A stretch of DNA of 64,000 bases from Perkinsus chesapeaki ATCC PRA-425 (Eukaryota; Protista; Perkinsozoa). The notes below the pieces were generated by a model. That model was given only the letters and a program-made list of their open reading frames with translations. It was not told the origin of the DNA and did no database searches. This document shows positions 35,780-49,673 of the stretch, in pieces. The translations under genes were made by a program, and so were the position numbers. Every line of letters starts with the position of its first letter. Within the stretch, counting starts at the first letter, position 1. Where the stretch lies: assembly GCA_013115145.1 (NCBI GenBank), contig JAAPAO010000132.1:1-64000 (forward strand). Reading direction: 5' to 3'.

Positions 35780-37311
35780 TCACCCGCAGACGAGCAGGCT
35801 AGGCTCGAGGAAGGACCCGATGATGTACTTGTTTGAATTCGGCACCTTAGCAAAAACGCTCCAAGCACCAATGTTATCCTTCGCTCGAGTGGAGTAGACC
35901 TCTTCCACTGTATAGGATGGCTTGTTCGTATTATTATCCTCACCCCACTCAATAGTTATACGTCTGGCATGTGATGGTATGGCGATGTCATCTCGAGTAC
36001 GATTAGGCTTGTTGATGTTGTCGATGGCGTGAAGCATGTCAATAGGCCTTCTAATGCCACCGGAATAGAACACTTGCTTGCTCGAGGTTGAGGCCTCCAA
36101 ATCGGGGTAGATGTTGTCCAGAGGATATCCAACATGGACGTGACCAATGAAAGAAAGGTCACCCGAGGGGAGGATATCATACAAGTTCAAGCCATGATCG
36201 CCCAGCACGACCGTGGCAAGCTTGGATCTGACAAGGATCAACTTCATTGTAAACGGTCTTCTTTGTTAGCTTACTTGTCATGCGATATATAAATTCCATT
36301 GTAGCCCAAAGCAGCGCCGCCAGTGGTACGACACTTGTCACCCTCACAGTAGAGGATCGTACACGAGTTAATGCCAGCGATGAGCCCACCAAGGAAGCGT
36401 GCCTTTGCTGAGAGACTCGGACCTGAACCGTGAAATAGGCCGACGACTTAACGCAGAATCTCACCGTTGTCTCCTCCCATTGGATGACCCCACCAGTTGG
36501 TAACATAGAACTTCACCACAGGATCGACTTGTACCACTTGTAAATCATTGAGCTGTCCGTAGCCCATGGCAGGCGATGCTACAGACCTGGAACTCAACGG
36601 TCAATTCGAGAATGAGTCGCTGACCTACTTAATGTACTGCAACCCTATTGGCTTCTGGTCTTCAAAAATGACAGTGAAGAACTCGATACGCTCCCCACCA
36701 AAGGTCCATGCATGGTTGATAACCCCGAGAGTGTTGGACTCTCTGTGATACGATATACCATGGGGACGGAAAGATACATGGGAAGGGAACCCTTCAAGAG
36801 GGAGAGGTGCCAAGGCCGCCTCGGCTTCAATATTAAATGCGAATAGAGGGAAACTGAATAGTAGTTACAATACAATTATAACAATGTTAAGTTATACAGT
36901 ACGTAGCCTTCGGAACGGGCTTCAACATGAACGTCATCTGCGGGTCCATGTTGGACACAATAGCCCACGATCCATCGCCGACGAACTCTAAGTCCTCGGT
37001 ACCACCGATGTTATCGACTCCTCCAGGTAGAGGGATTTGCCGACACTGAACCAAGAGGGGTGAATGAAAATGGAACAGACCAATCGAATGCTTACCACAC
37101 TTCCCGAGATAGTTTCGGGAATACTGTCCAGGCTCACATTGATGGCCAAGACTTGATAATATATTCTATAAAAGATAACAGCCACCACAACAATTATAAT
37201 CATAAGGAGATAGCCCAGGCAGGAAAACCCCCTCGGAGCAGATGATGCTCGAGTGGGCACACTGGTGCCAGCTGACTTCGAAGCTTTCTTCGTCGAGGAG
37301 GTCGACTTCAT
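35780..37311 (-). CDS. Paraoxonase/arylesterase (PON)-family Ca-dependent lactonase with N-terminal membrane anchor
   Basis: Spliced motifs GTEDLE, FRPHGIS, VINH, QLNDL, FYVTN, YNGI, PLDNI and a C-terminal IIGSFLEPSLLVC follow the PON1 order. A basic N-terminal tail precedes one TM helix. Confidence 0.85.
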
Positions 37312-37379
37312 TTCTGGGTTACGTGTAGCTGTCAATAAACCGTAATGGAATTGTTGTACTAAACATTGTCAAGTGTTGA

Positions 37380-37861
37380 GAAACTCAGAATTGTAGAGGA
37401 ATGTGCCCGGTCTGCTTATTGTCAGCTTGATCAATCGACAATAACCATCGGTGAACTAGTAAGTAGAGTACACCCAGTGCGATCCAGCATGCCACAACCT
37501 AAACACATAAGGCATACAACACAATACGGAGAACGGCCGTCGCCTGGCACGAGTGCTTCAATCGCTAGGTGAGTTGATGAGAGAAGGATTAGCTGCCGTT
37601 GGTGTGGTGATGGACAATTTTGACGGGTATAAAAGGACTCACAACTCTAGCTCGCATGCATTGGCGAGGTGTTGGTCTATCAAATGTTATAACTTTAGGC
37701 TTCGGTCGACTACTTGGGCTGAGGCACAGATCGCAGTTGCAATCGTAGGGGTGGCTATAAACGGTGGGGGAGGATGCTGAGGTCATTAATTTACTAAAAG
37801 TATGAAAAGTGCGACTATACAGTACAGCAGGAGGGAGGAGACATAGAACAACATATCTCAC
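37380..37861 (-). CDS. Possible small Cys-containing hypothetical protein
   Basis: ORF containing HPYDCNCDLCLSP plus a second Cys-rich exon-like stretch. No homology recognised. Confidence 0.22.
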
Positions 37862-38105
37862 TTTTGTTCATCTACTAGGGATACTGAGGGTATTATACTC
37901 CTCTATGATAGAGGCTCTATCAATATAGTTCTAATTATAGTTCTCGACAATAGGCATACTGTCTCCGGAGAAACATTTCTCTTCGTTGGGTACAATACAG
38001 TAAGCCCTTAATGTGAGTAACGAAACATACGTATAACGGAAACCATGCAACAGTACACTGAGATGGCAATACTGGTGATTGGGAAAATAATGCTTCTTCG
38101 AACAT

Positions 38106-39076
38106 TCAAAAACTACTAAGTCCAAAAACATGTTTACGTATGAACTCTATGGTAGGCCAGCTTAGGAATAGGAATGGCCCGAGACGCAAGTAGGCAGCAG
38201 TCCATCCTCTCCAGAGCCCTCTGAGGCCCTCCTGTCTCAGAACCCTAAAGGCTCCTTCTATGCCATTGTTATATTCACCTGTGCCCATCAATCTTGTTCT
38301 GATAACATCAACTGGAGCAGCAACAGTAGACGCCACCAGACCGGCCAATATACCGCAAGTAGCTGAGAGAACGGTCCCCTCTTCTAGACCACACCCCTTA
38401 AGGGTTCGCTTGGCAATCTCATAGGTAGCTATCTGAGCACCTGTTACCAAACTAGCTCGAGTGCAGGTTGTCAACAAGCCTTTGAATAAGACCCCACTGG
38501 CATAGTTCTTGGAAAGTCCGTCAAACACAGACTTGAAAGCTGGCTCATGACCGGCACGGCTCCCAGTGATATACCGGCCATCCGCCCCTCTCAGCCCTCC
38601 TTCGTATTGTGCCCGAATTTTCAAGCGATCGAGTGGCGTTGCGCAGCAAGCGCTGAGAAGACCACTGGTGAGGGCTGCTGAGAGGATAATAGGGAAGGAG
38701 CTTGAGCTCAGCTGGAAGGCGTCCGCATAAAAACCTTTAATGGTCGGATAAAGGCCAATGCGAATGCACCCGTTCACGAAATCTGCCGCGATAACGTAAC
38801 GGATGCCGGTGCGCCACAGGCCCGTCACTCCATCGCTTTTGATCTGAGAACAAAAGAAGTAACAACGCCGCATGATAGAAAACAGATGAAAGGCATTACT
38901 GTTGAGCGGGCAAGGGATACTAGGCCAATACGAGGTTCACGAGTCTGCATTCTAACCTTTAGCACTTCTGCAGGATTCAGCACGGCCGCTGTTGTGGCTA
39001 TGCCGAGACCGCCTGAAAGGCTAGGAAGCGTCAATGCGTGTAGGCTGCTATACCAACTCTACATTTCAAGTGGCAT
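38106..39076 (-). CDS. Mitochondrial carrier (UCP/oxaloacetate/dicarboxylate-like), paralogue A
   Basis: Spliced MPLEILSGGLGIATTAAVLNPAEVLKVRMQ, TPLDRLKIRAQ, APVDVIRTRLM and NGCIRIGLYP. Confidence 0.85.
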
Positions 39077-39461
39077 ACTCCCTCTTCGACCATTCGTCGG
39101 AGGGATGAGTGCAGACCCTGTAGGAGCACTGCTACTAGATGGGAGGCCGGGTGGTATGATAAAATAGATAACTAACCAAGAGATGTCCGATACTGGTATA
39201 GCAGCAGAGGGGCGAAAACCATGCAACATAGATCTGCGATATAAGGCTTTGATGCAATACTAAACCGTGTGCAAAGTGAATTCAACCCGAAGGGCAACAC
39301 GCAGAAACAGCTGGCGAGAATGATACACCTCCTAAAGATTCATGTCCAGTGGCCCGTGCAGGTGACCAGGAGCTGCTATTATAAACGCAAGGCCTTTCTT
39401 CATACCGGCGATGGATATAAGTAAGGAGGTAAGAGAATGAAGCGACGGCTAAGCAAGCATG

Positions 39462-40383
39462 CTAAAGAGGAGGGAGTTGGAAAATCTGCTCTCTAAGGAA
39501 ACCGATTAGCGGCCAGCTTAGAAAGAAAAGGGGACCTACACGCATGTAGGCAGCAGTCCAACCAACAAAGAGACCTTTGAATCCTTCGGTTCTAGCAATA
39601 ACCCTCACACTTGCCAGAACCGAAGCTGAATCACCCAGGCTCATCAACTTAGTGCGCATCACATCTACCGGCGCAGCCACTGTTGTGGCCAGGAGACCTG
39701 AGACTACACCGGGCACTAGGTTGGCAACGGACCCTTCTGAAAATCCAAGTTGTGAGCATAAACGAGAGGCCTGTTCATAGCCTGTAACTTGCGCACATGT
39801 TACAAGGCCAGCCCTGAGACATGTTGCATGGGCACCATGGAAAAGCGTGCCGGACTTAAAGAGAGATATAATAGCGAGCGAGACCGAAGGATAGGTGGGC
39901 TTGGCACCAATACAGCGACCAGTGAGGTAACGACCATCAGAGCCAATAAGACCAGCTTCGAACTGACAACGTATTTTTATGAGGTCGAAAGGGTTCCCTA
40001 GGAAGGATCCAACAATGCCAGTGAGGAATGAGGATGTCACACACAAGGGAAGACTGGTAGAAGGCACACCGCTGAGTGAAGAAATGTATCCCTTAACTTC
40101 GGGATACAATCCAAGACGAAAAGCACCATTAACAAAATCGGAAGCCATTGAAGCTTTTAACCCCGGCAGGAAGAGGCCCTTTAACCCATCACTCTGTAAC
40201 TGAAAATAAAACAGCATTCGTACAGCAGGTGTTTACAGGAAAGCCTACTATCTTGGTGGCCGTCGTAAGGAGAGTCGATCCTCCTCCTTTAGTGGTCTGC
40301 ATTCTGACCTTTATAACATCCATGGGATTCAGCATACCCACCGTCAACGACATCGCAGCACCACATGCAAACCTAAATAACAT
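39462..40383 (-). CDS. Mitochondrial carrier (UCP/oxaloacetate/dicarboxylate-like), paralogue B
   Basis: NPMDVIKVRMQ, NPFDLIKIRCQ, APVDVMRTKLM and NGAFRLGLYP. An intron falls at the position matching paralogue A, just before xSDG. Confidence 0.87.
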
Positions 40384-40741
40384 CACAGTGAGCTAGAGTC
40401 GTCATACCCCACTGCGAGATAGCTGTATAGACCCCACAAGATGATAACCCACGCAGCAAGGCCCTTACATATTCTTATGCAAGGTAACATCATTCCCCTC
40501 ACAACACGCCACTTTGTCGCTCTTAGGATGCGAGTTCCGCAGAATGACCGAGAATAAATACAAACCTGGTCCAGCAGATATTGGTGCAGTTCTTACGGGG
40601 TTAATTATTGAACTTAACCAAAGGAAATTGGAGTGACGTAGAAACTATTCCTAATAGGAACTGGTAGTAGTATTATCAACAGCAGTAGAAGCAGTGGAGG
40701 TATTCTACACTAGAGGACGTTATTTTACGTTAGGCCAAAGG

Positions 40742-43700
40742 TTAGCCAAGCATCTTCAATGCCTCGGCCTCGAGGTCGGCCATTTCATCATCATCATCAT
40801 CATCATTAACAGCATCAGACTTTTGTCTCTTATTCGCTGGTTCTTCTGATGACCACCTGAACCTCCCCAAAATGCCTCAATACTTCCACTTCACATAGCT
40901 TACCCTTCTCCCTCGCTACCATCATCATCAGGGCTACCCAATACAGCACCGACCATCTCTTCTTCCTCCTCCTCGCCATCTACTGCTTTCTTCCGTTTCA
41001 GTTTCTCCTTTATCTTCCTATGCTTCTCTTGCACCTACAACAAGCACCCCATACCGTTACCTCGCCTAGCCATACCGACTTTTTCCTTCATCAGCCTTTT
41101 ATCTTCCTCCTCTCTCTCCTCCACCTTTTGCCGCATAGAATCGATAAATGCCTTCTTGGCAGCAGCGGCGCCTGCAGCACACAATAGCTGTCCCCTTTCC
41201 TCCAGCAACCACTCACTTTCCTCATCTTCCTCTCCTTCGCTTCGCTCTTCATTGTCGCTCTCATCATCAGCAAAGGTAAGATGTTGGTTCTTGCCAAGTC
41301 CACCAGTTCCCCTCACATATATAGATCCTACCATCCTTTCGTCACATCACCCTCACACGGCTCCCTTCCTACCATCTTTTCTAACTCGCAGTCTTCCCTT
41401 CTTCACAGCATCCCTCGCCCTCGCCTCAGCCTGGGTCTCCGGTTCCTCTTCGACATGTCTTTGTTCCTCCTGCTCCACAGTTACCTACGCCCAGTCCCTC
41501 AGAGAACACGAACACTGAGCAATGTCCGCATCCGCAAAGCTTTCGACACTCTTTATCATCCCATAAACTGTTCTATGAAAGATTTTCTATCACACCTCCA
41601 CATTAGGGCCACCTTATGGGCCTCCTGAGGGCTTGATGAGACTCGGCTTGGCCTTGGTAAACCACCACCAATACCTTCCCTCCAATTCAGCTTACCAGGA
41701 CATCATCATCCTCATCCTCTGCAGTTGCCTCCTCAGGAGCGCTTCCCTGGGCAGCAAACAGCTCTTGTTGTCGCTTCTGACGGCGCTCAAACTTGGACAG
41801 TTTAGTAGCTAAAGGACAACAATAAGGAGTGTCCTATCACTAGAGATCTATAGTTTTCTATTCTATTATTGCAGCAAGTCTAGAGTCCGCCGCCGAGCCC
41901 TGAAGGCTTTGATGATGCTGATATTTCATACCTACCATCTGCTGGATTAAACATCATCACACATGAAGCTTTATTTTGAAAGCTATGGGCCAGATCGACG
42001 GCAAGCATGTTGCCAAGGTACTCTAGGTGACCCTATCTCACTATACACTTTCTAACACACAGTCGAGTTGCCCGTCGGGTTGGTACCCTTTTTGTCTTGT
42101 AAATCTTCCTGTAACTGTCCCCATCCATTATCCTCCTCCTCTTCGTCCTTCTCCTCTCCTTCACCAACCAATGCCTTCTGTTTCTTAGCCAGCTTCTTTT
42201 GTCTGATCTTCTCCTTCAATCGCTGAACCCAACAACAGCCGTTCTGCTGCCCTATGCCCCTAGAGGCACGTCGCCCACCTCCAACTTAGACATATTCTTC
42301 TTCTTTTTACCATCGACTAGCTCCTCCTGGGTGGGCAGCGTGATCGGTGGCGCCTCATGGAGCCCTAAAGCGCCACTTCCTTTTATCCGAGCCCTCCTCA
42401 CCCAGGATGTCTTAAACGGATACCAGAATTTCCCATAAACAATGCATTTGAAGGGTCCTTTCTAGCATCGGAACATGTTTTCTATCCTATTTCATTCTCC
42501 ACATTAGGAGCACCTTCCCCTCAGGGATACATTCTTATGAGGCCAGATGATGATGACCGCCTGTTCCCACCTAGACTGTGCGCATAAGCATCGATCTCAT
42601 CCTCCGATAATCTAGTCCGTCCAGCCAATGCCACTGCTCTGGCATATACCTGTTCCACGCCTACACTCAAATGTTGCTGTAGTCTCCTACTTGGCATGCC
42701 TTTACAGCAAGATGCTTAACATCAGGCTCCGATGCCAATAAGCTCTGCAGCTTCCCAGTTATCTGTCACCAACTAACAGGCAACCTTCTTAGATATCGAG
42801 TTCCTACATTGAACATTCGTCGCCTATTTATCGATGTCACTCTAACATCCACCTTCTTCTGCTTCAACTCGGTAAGTAGCGACTCCTGCTCGGCCTGAAT
42901 ACGTCCTCCTCACACAAGAGCCAACGACACCATCTACCCCACCTCTGTGGCGAACATAAGAGCGTTCCCGTTCCTATCAAATCGAGCAGTCCTCCCAACT
43001 CGATGGATGTAGGTATCAGCGGTATCAGGGGCATCCATCTGTATCACCCAGTCAACCTAAAGAAGGAACGTTCACACCGAATTGAATGGCTTTCGGATGT
43101 ATTGCATGCCCCATCATACACTAGCTACATAACCACTACCAACACTCGTACTTCAAGTATACTGCCTACTAGTTGACATAAAGTTACTATTATAATCTCA
43201 TCTGATAGACTACGCTAATGATTACTATAAGAAATATTAACACGTACTCGCGATAGGAGCGCGGGAAATGTCTTTTCCATACCTACCTGTGGGAAGTCAA
43301 CTCCCCTTGCCGCAACATCAGTACAGATCAAACAGAGTCCCTTGTCCTTGGAGGCGAACTGGTCGAATACCTGCACTTCACCGTATCTTCTACGTCCTTC
43401 CTTCGTATACCAACCTTCATCCTCTTATCCAGTGACATACCTCCATGGAGCTCTAGGACCGCCAAGCCTGGCCGAAGCCGGCGGAATGTCTCATAGAGGA
43501 AGCGCACCTAACAATAGTGATCAACAGCTACTCCACCAAGGCCATCTGCCTCACCTGCTTCGTGGCGCTGACAAACACTATAATTTTGGTCTGGGCATGG
43601 GTCTTGAGAAAGCTGAAGAGAGAGCTGACCTTCTCCTCCAACTTCACTGTCATACACAACTGTCGAAGGCCGCTGGGGGTGGCCGAATTAAGATTCCGCG

Positions 43701-44787
43701 AAACCTGACATGAATGCCTGAACGAGGAATTGAACCAGAGACCTTACGGATAGAAGCTCGGGGTTGTCCAATGCTAAGCTAGCCAGCTGTTGAACACTCG
43801 TGTGCATAGTCGCCGAGAACAGCAAAGTCTGCCTCTTTGGTGGAAGTGCCTCCAGGATAAGTTCGACTGTTCGCTTGAAGCCCAAGTCCAATATCCTATC
43901 ACCGTCCAACTATATAACTCCTCAACCCTACCCGGCTACCTATCAGCCTCATCCAGTACCAACATTTGTACATTAGAAAGGTCACTGCCAGCGGTCTCCT
44001 CTATATGCTGCAGCAGCCGACCCGGAGTGCAGACGACAATCGACAAGGAAGGAAACACTTTCTGCTCCTCTTGGAACTTCCTTCCGCCAACAACACACCC
44101 TGCCGAGAAGTCATGGTGGCTGCCGACCTGCTGTAGAACTGTGAAGATCTGCGCGGAAAGCTCCCGCGTAGGGGATATCAGCACAGCACCTGAGCATCGA
44201 TTCCACTCCCCGATACGGCTACCAGTGGGCTTACCAACACCATCCTCCGCGCTCCATCTTTGCCGATAGAGCTTCTCCAAAACAGGTATTATGAAAGCAA
44301 GGGACTTGCCACTGCCCGTCCTAGCTTCCCCAAGAACCTATATAGACTAAAGTAACGTGCTGACGCCGCCGACGCGATGGCATACGTCTCGGCCTGCTAA
44401 GGCATAGGGGATGGCACTCCTTTGTATGGGGGTCATCTTGGTAAAGCCATGGTCCTTGAGACCTAACTGAGTCTTCCTTGATATAGGCAGCTCACTAAAG
44501 GCATTGCCAGTAAGTACAGGGCCCAACGCTGAATCAACAACACTATCAATAATCGAAAGGCTATGAACACTACTTCGTCTCTGCTGCTGAGGCTGCTCCT
44601 CCTCCTCACTGTGAGCACTACCGTCCACTATACCCCGACGACGCTCGAATTGATCGACACTCTCCCCCTATAATAGCAGTGAGATATAACACTACTGGGG
44701 AGGGCGACTTACTTCCCTAGGACACTCGATGATAAGTCTGTTTTCCAAGTCAGCTATCTCAGCATCCTCTCTATGCCTTAAACCCAT
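40742..44787 (-). CDS. DBP4: DEAD-box RNA helicase DBP4/DDX10 (5' end approximate)
   Basis: [67 protein letters not shown] and FSAT. Acidic/basic C-terminus ending [18 protein letters not shown]. Confidence 0.92.
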
Positions 44788-45124
44788 TCTACGGTGCTCC
44801 CCTTTCTCAGATGAATCTGAATAGACTTATTAAAAGTAACCATGAAAATGCATTTAAGGTTTCTTCCTCCTCTGGGAACGTATTCTTTCATCAATACATT
44901 TGTCATGTCCCTGCATTAGGGACCATCTTTGGCCCTCGAGGATTCCCCAAAGACTGAATGAACCCCCTCAAGTACCCACTAAGTGAGCTTGCTAACATCC
45001 TTCAGCGGTCAAACGAGGAGGCAACTCCAGGAAAATCAAAGCTGATAGAATGGCTCTACATCTCAAGCAAGTAGTTCTGCACGTAGTTCTCTCAACAGCT
45101 ATGGCCCTATACTGTGAGCCCAGA

Positions 45125-47080
45125 TCACCCACAACGCTTATTACCATGTCTGCCCTTTCCTCCCTTTCCTTTTCCTTTGCCCTTCCCTTTACCCTTCCCC
45201 TTGCCTCCCTTCCGTCCTGGCTTACTGCCACTATAATGCTTTGTAGAAGGCTGTGCTGCTGCTGCCTGTGCTATGGCCATATACAATGACACTAATACCA
45301 TTTAATACCACACTTGAACGCAATAACATTCCCAACATAGCGGACAACACCTTCAGTAAGACACCAACGTAGGCAGGTCTCATGGCTCCTTTGTCCCCCC
45401 CACCGCAGCAAGCAGCTTAAGCATCTCCACACCCTCCGACCGTCCTATTCACCACTGCCCGCCTAACAGCCCTCACTGCAGTACCTTCATTTGCCAGCAG
45501 CCTAGCATGATCTACCGCCTTCATCCCTCCTATATCGATAGCATTGTCACTAAGACACCCTTGCTCTAGCAATAAATCAAGTAACTGATCACAGCCATAC
45601 CGTAACCTCCGCCGAAACTCTCAACCTTAGGAATGCCGCTCTTCACAGCGTCTATCAGTAAGCTGCCCGGAGGCCGCCTAAGATGCCTGATATCCAAGGA
45701 AGCCCCCGCTGCTAGTAACGTCTCCACACACTCCACCTTCCCAAGCATAACAGCAATACTCAATGCCGTACCTGAATCCTATCCAAGCTCCACAGACATC
45801 CCTAGGCCCTACAGGTATTTAAAGTGTCCTCTGAGCCCTGTGGTAAGGCGACTCTGGGCAACAATGCGACTGTATCAATCTCAGCACCAGACTCCCAAAG
45901 TGTCCGAATCAACTACAAGCTGTTAACTACTACCCTCCCGCCCTGGTAGCTACCTTGTCATGGCCCGCAGCTGCTGCTAGGATAATAGGAACTGCTCTGG
46001 GCTCCAATATGGGGGATCTTACAGGCTCGGGCGATACAGAGTCAAAAGCACCATTCAAGTCAGCTCCGGCCTTTATGAGAATTTGGGCCACTTTTGGGTC
46101 ATCCTTTCTGCTGGAGCACAAAAAACACCTGCGTACTGCTGTATCATGGATAATCGACATATCGGCCAAACCACAGATAATAAAACCAACGATCAAGCTT
46201 ACAAAGCCGCAGTGAGCTGGTCACGAGTAGGAGCCCTCCTATCTATAATATCCTCTATAACACTATAAAGCTGCCTATCACAGGCATCCAATAGTACCTA
46301 AGAGGCTACTGTACACCTTGCCTCGTTAAACAGGCTTCACTTCACTAACAATGCTCGTTGCGTTATCTTTAAGGATTCTATCTACGTCATCTGATACCCC
46401 TCCGTCGACCATCTCCTTATACGTATATTTAAGCCCCACTGTCCTTACCAATAACTCCACCTATCAACCCTATCAATTACCCCATTTATCAACGTCTCCT
46501 TACCACAGAGCCATGCCCAGCCTTAGCCGCCAGCATTATGGCCGTATTGCCCTTCATACCGTCTCTAGCATTAGAATCTATTCCTGGTACAGACAACAGT
46601 AGTTTGGAGACCTCCAAATGCCTAAGTCTGAGGATCGGCATAAATCCGGGCCGGAATGCTACCCTTGCGAGGCTGCATGCATTAAAGGTGTTCGGCCCCA
46701 CTCATCAACCTCATTCACATCTGCACGCACGCTCAAAAGATACCTATCCCGAGGTCACCTCCGCACTCTGAAGAATTGAAGCTCCCTACTTGACAACAGG
46801 TAAATGGCCATAGTAGGCTGCTTCTATTAAAGCAGTACGGCTATGTCTTCCCCGCTGCCTAATATCAGCCCCTTGAGATTTATGCAGTTCCATAACAACA
46901 TCTACGTTGCCCTTTGCTGCGGCCCAAACCTACGTGCATGGACTTTTCAAGCATCAACCTAAGATTCCCCTTTAATACCAGCCTTTCCCCCGCGAATGGA
47001 TCAACACCTCCAGTCATCTCTCCACTCTGCATCTTTAATAGAGTCTGTTGATGGCTGCTATCATTAATGCTTAAGGACAT
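45125..47080 (-). CDS. Ankyrin-repeat protein with a GK-repeat C-terminal tail
   Basis: AAYYGHLPVV, HLEVSKLLLSVPGIDSNARD..GNTAIMLAAKAGH, VAQILIKAGADLN and AVMLGKVECVETLLAAGASLD. Ends GKGKGKGKGKGKGGKGRHGNKRCG. The exact 3' exon is uncertain. Confidence 0.7.
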
Positions 47081-47623
47081 CTAAAACCAAATTCAGGGCA
47101 CCTAGCCTTATACAAAAACCGTCGATCCTCCCAGAAACGACTCGCTGTCGTTTCCTTGTTGATGCCTTTTAGAAAGTAATAGGCGGGGATAAGAAGAGCC
47201 CATAAATCGGAGATATACGATGGAAAAACGTCTGTCACCCTAAGTTGAAGTTAACAGCGGAGCGAAGCGTTTCGTGTTTACCGATTTCAACTCGATCGAT
47301 CTGGGAACTAGTTAATCTTGCGCTCTTGAGTGCTTCATCCAAATATTCAGCCTCAGCATGTCGATCGTTCATCAGGATACTATCTTACATACTTCCTAGC
47401 ATCTTTTATCAAATTAGATCCTTTGGAGGTCGATCGGTGGTCGCAGTGGAGCTCCTGTTACTTTCCTTTAATTTGCGATCATCCCCCTATTGATACGCTT
47501 CCCCCTAACAGGTGCTCTATAGCAGTAGCGCTTTTGCAGACTACTTGTGATTCGCTAGGGATTGTTGGTATCTTTCATCAGCTTTTGATTCCCGCTTGAC
47601 TACTCCATCATTTGTAACACCAT

Positions 47624-49312
<1,689 letters not shown>

Positions 49313-49673
49313 GAAGCATGGATCAAGCTAAGATATTTCGGTCTTTTATCAGGGGGCTAGATGTGGCTCTACAAGAGTACGGTTTATTGTAGCTGTTGTT
49401 TACGGTGGCCTTATTATTTTCGCCAAACCTATCACTACGGCGGCCACCTGGCCAATATAATGTGTACATTTCACCTGCTCCTCCTCTCCCCTTATTATCA
49501 CATCCCCCCAGCCTAAATAGGTTACGCCACCTATGAGGCGCGACCATGGAGAGGCCATAGTCCAGCAGCAGCAGCTGTATTAGATAATGCATTTAATGAT
49601 CATCATCTTATCATCATTTGCATTGGGTTTATTCTTGAACAATTAGGGGATGGAATAGAATTATAAACAAGTT

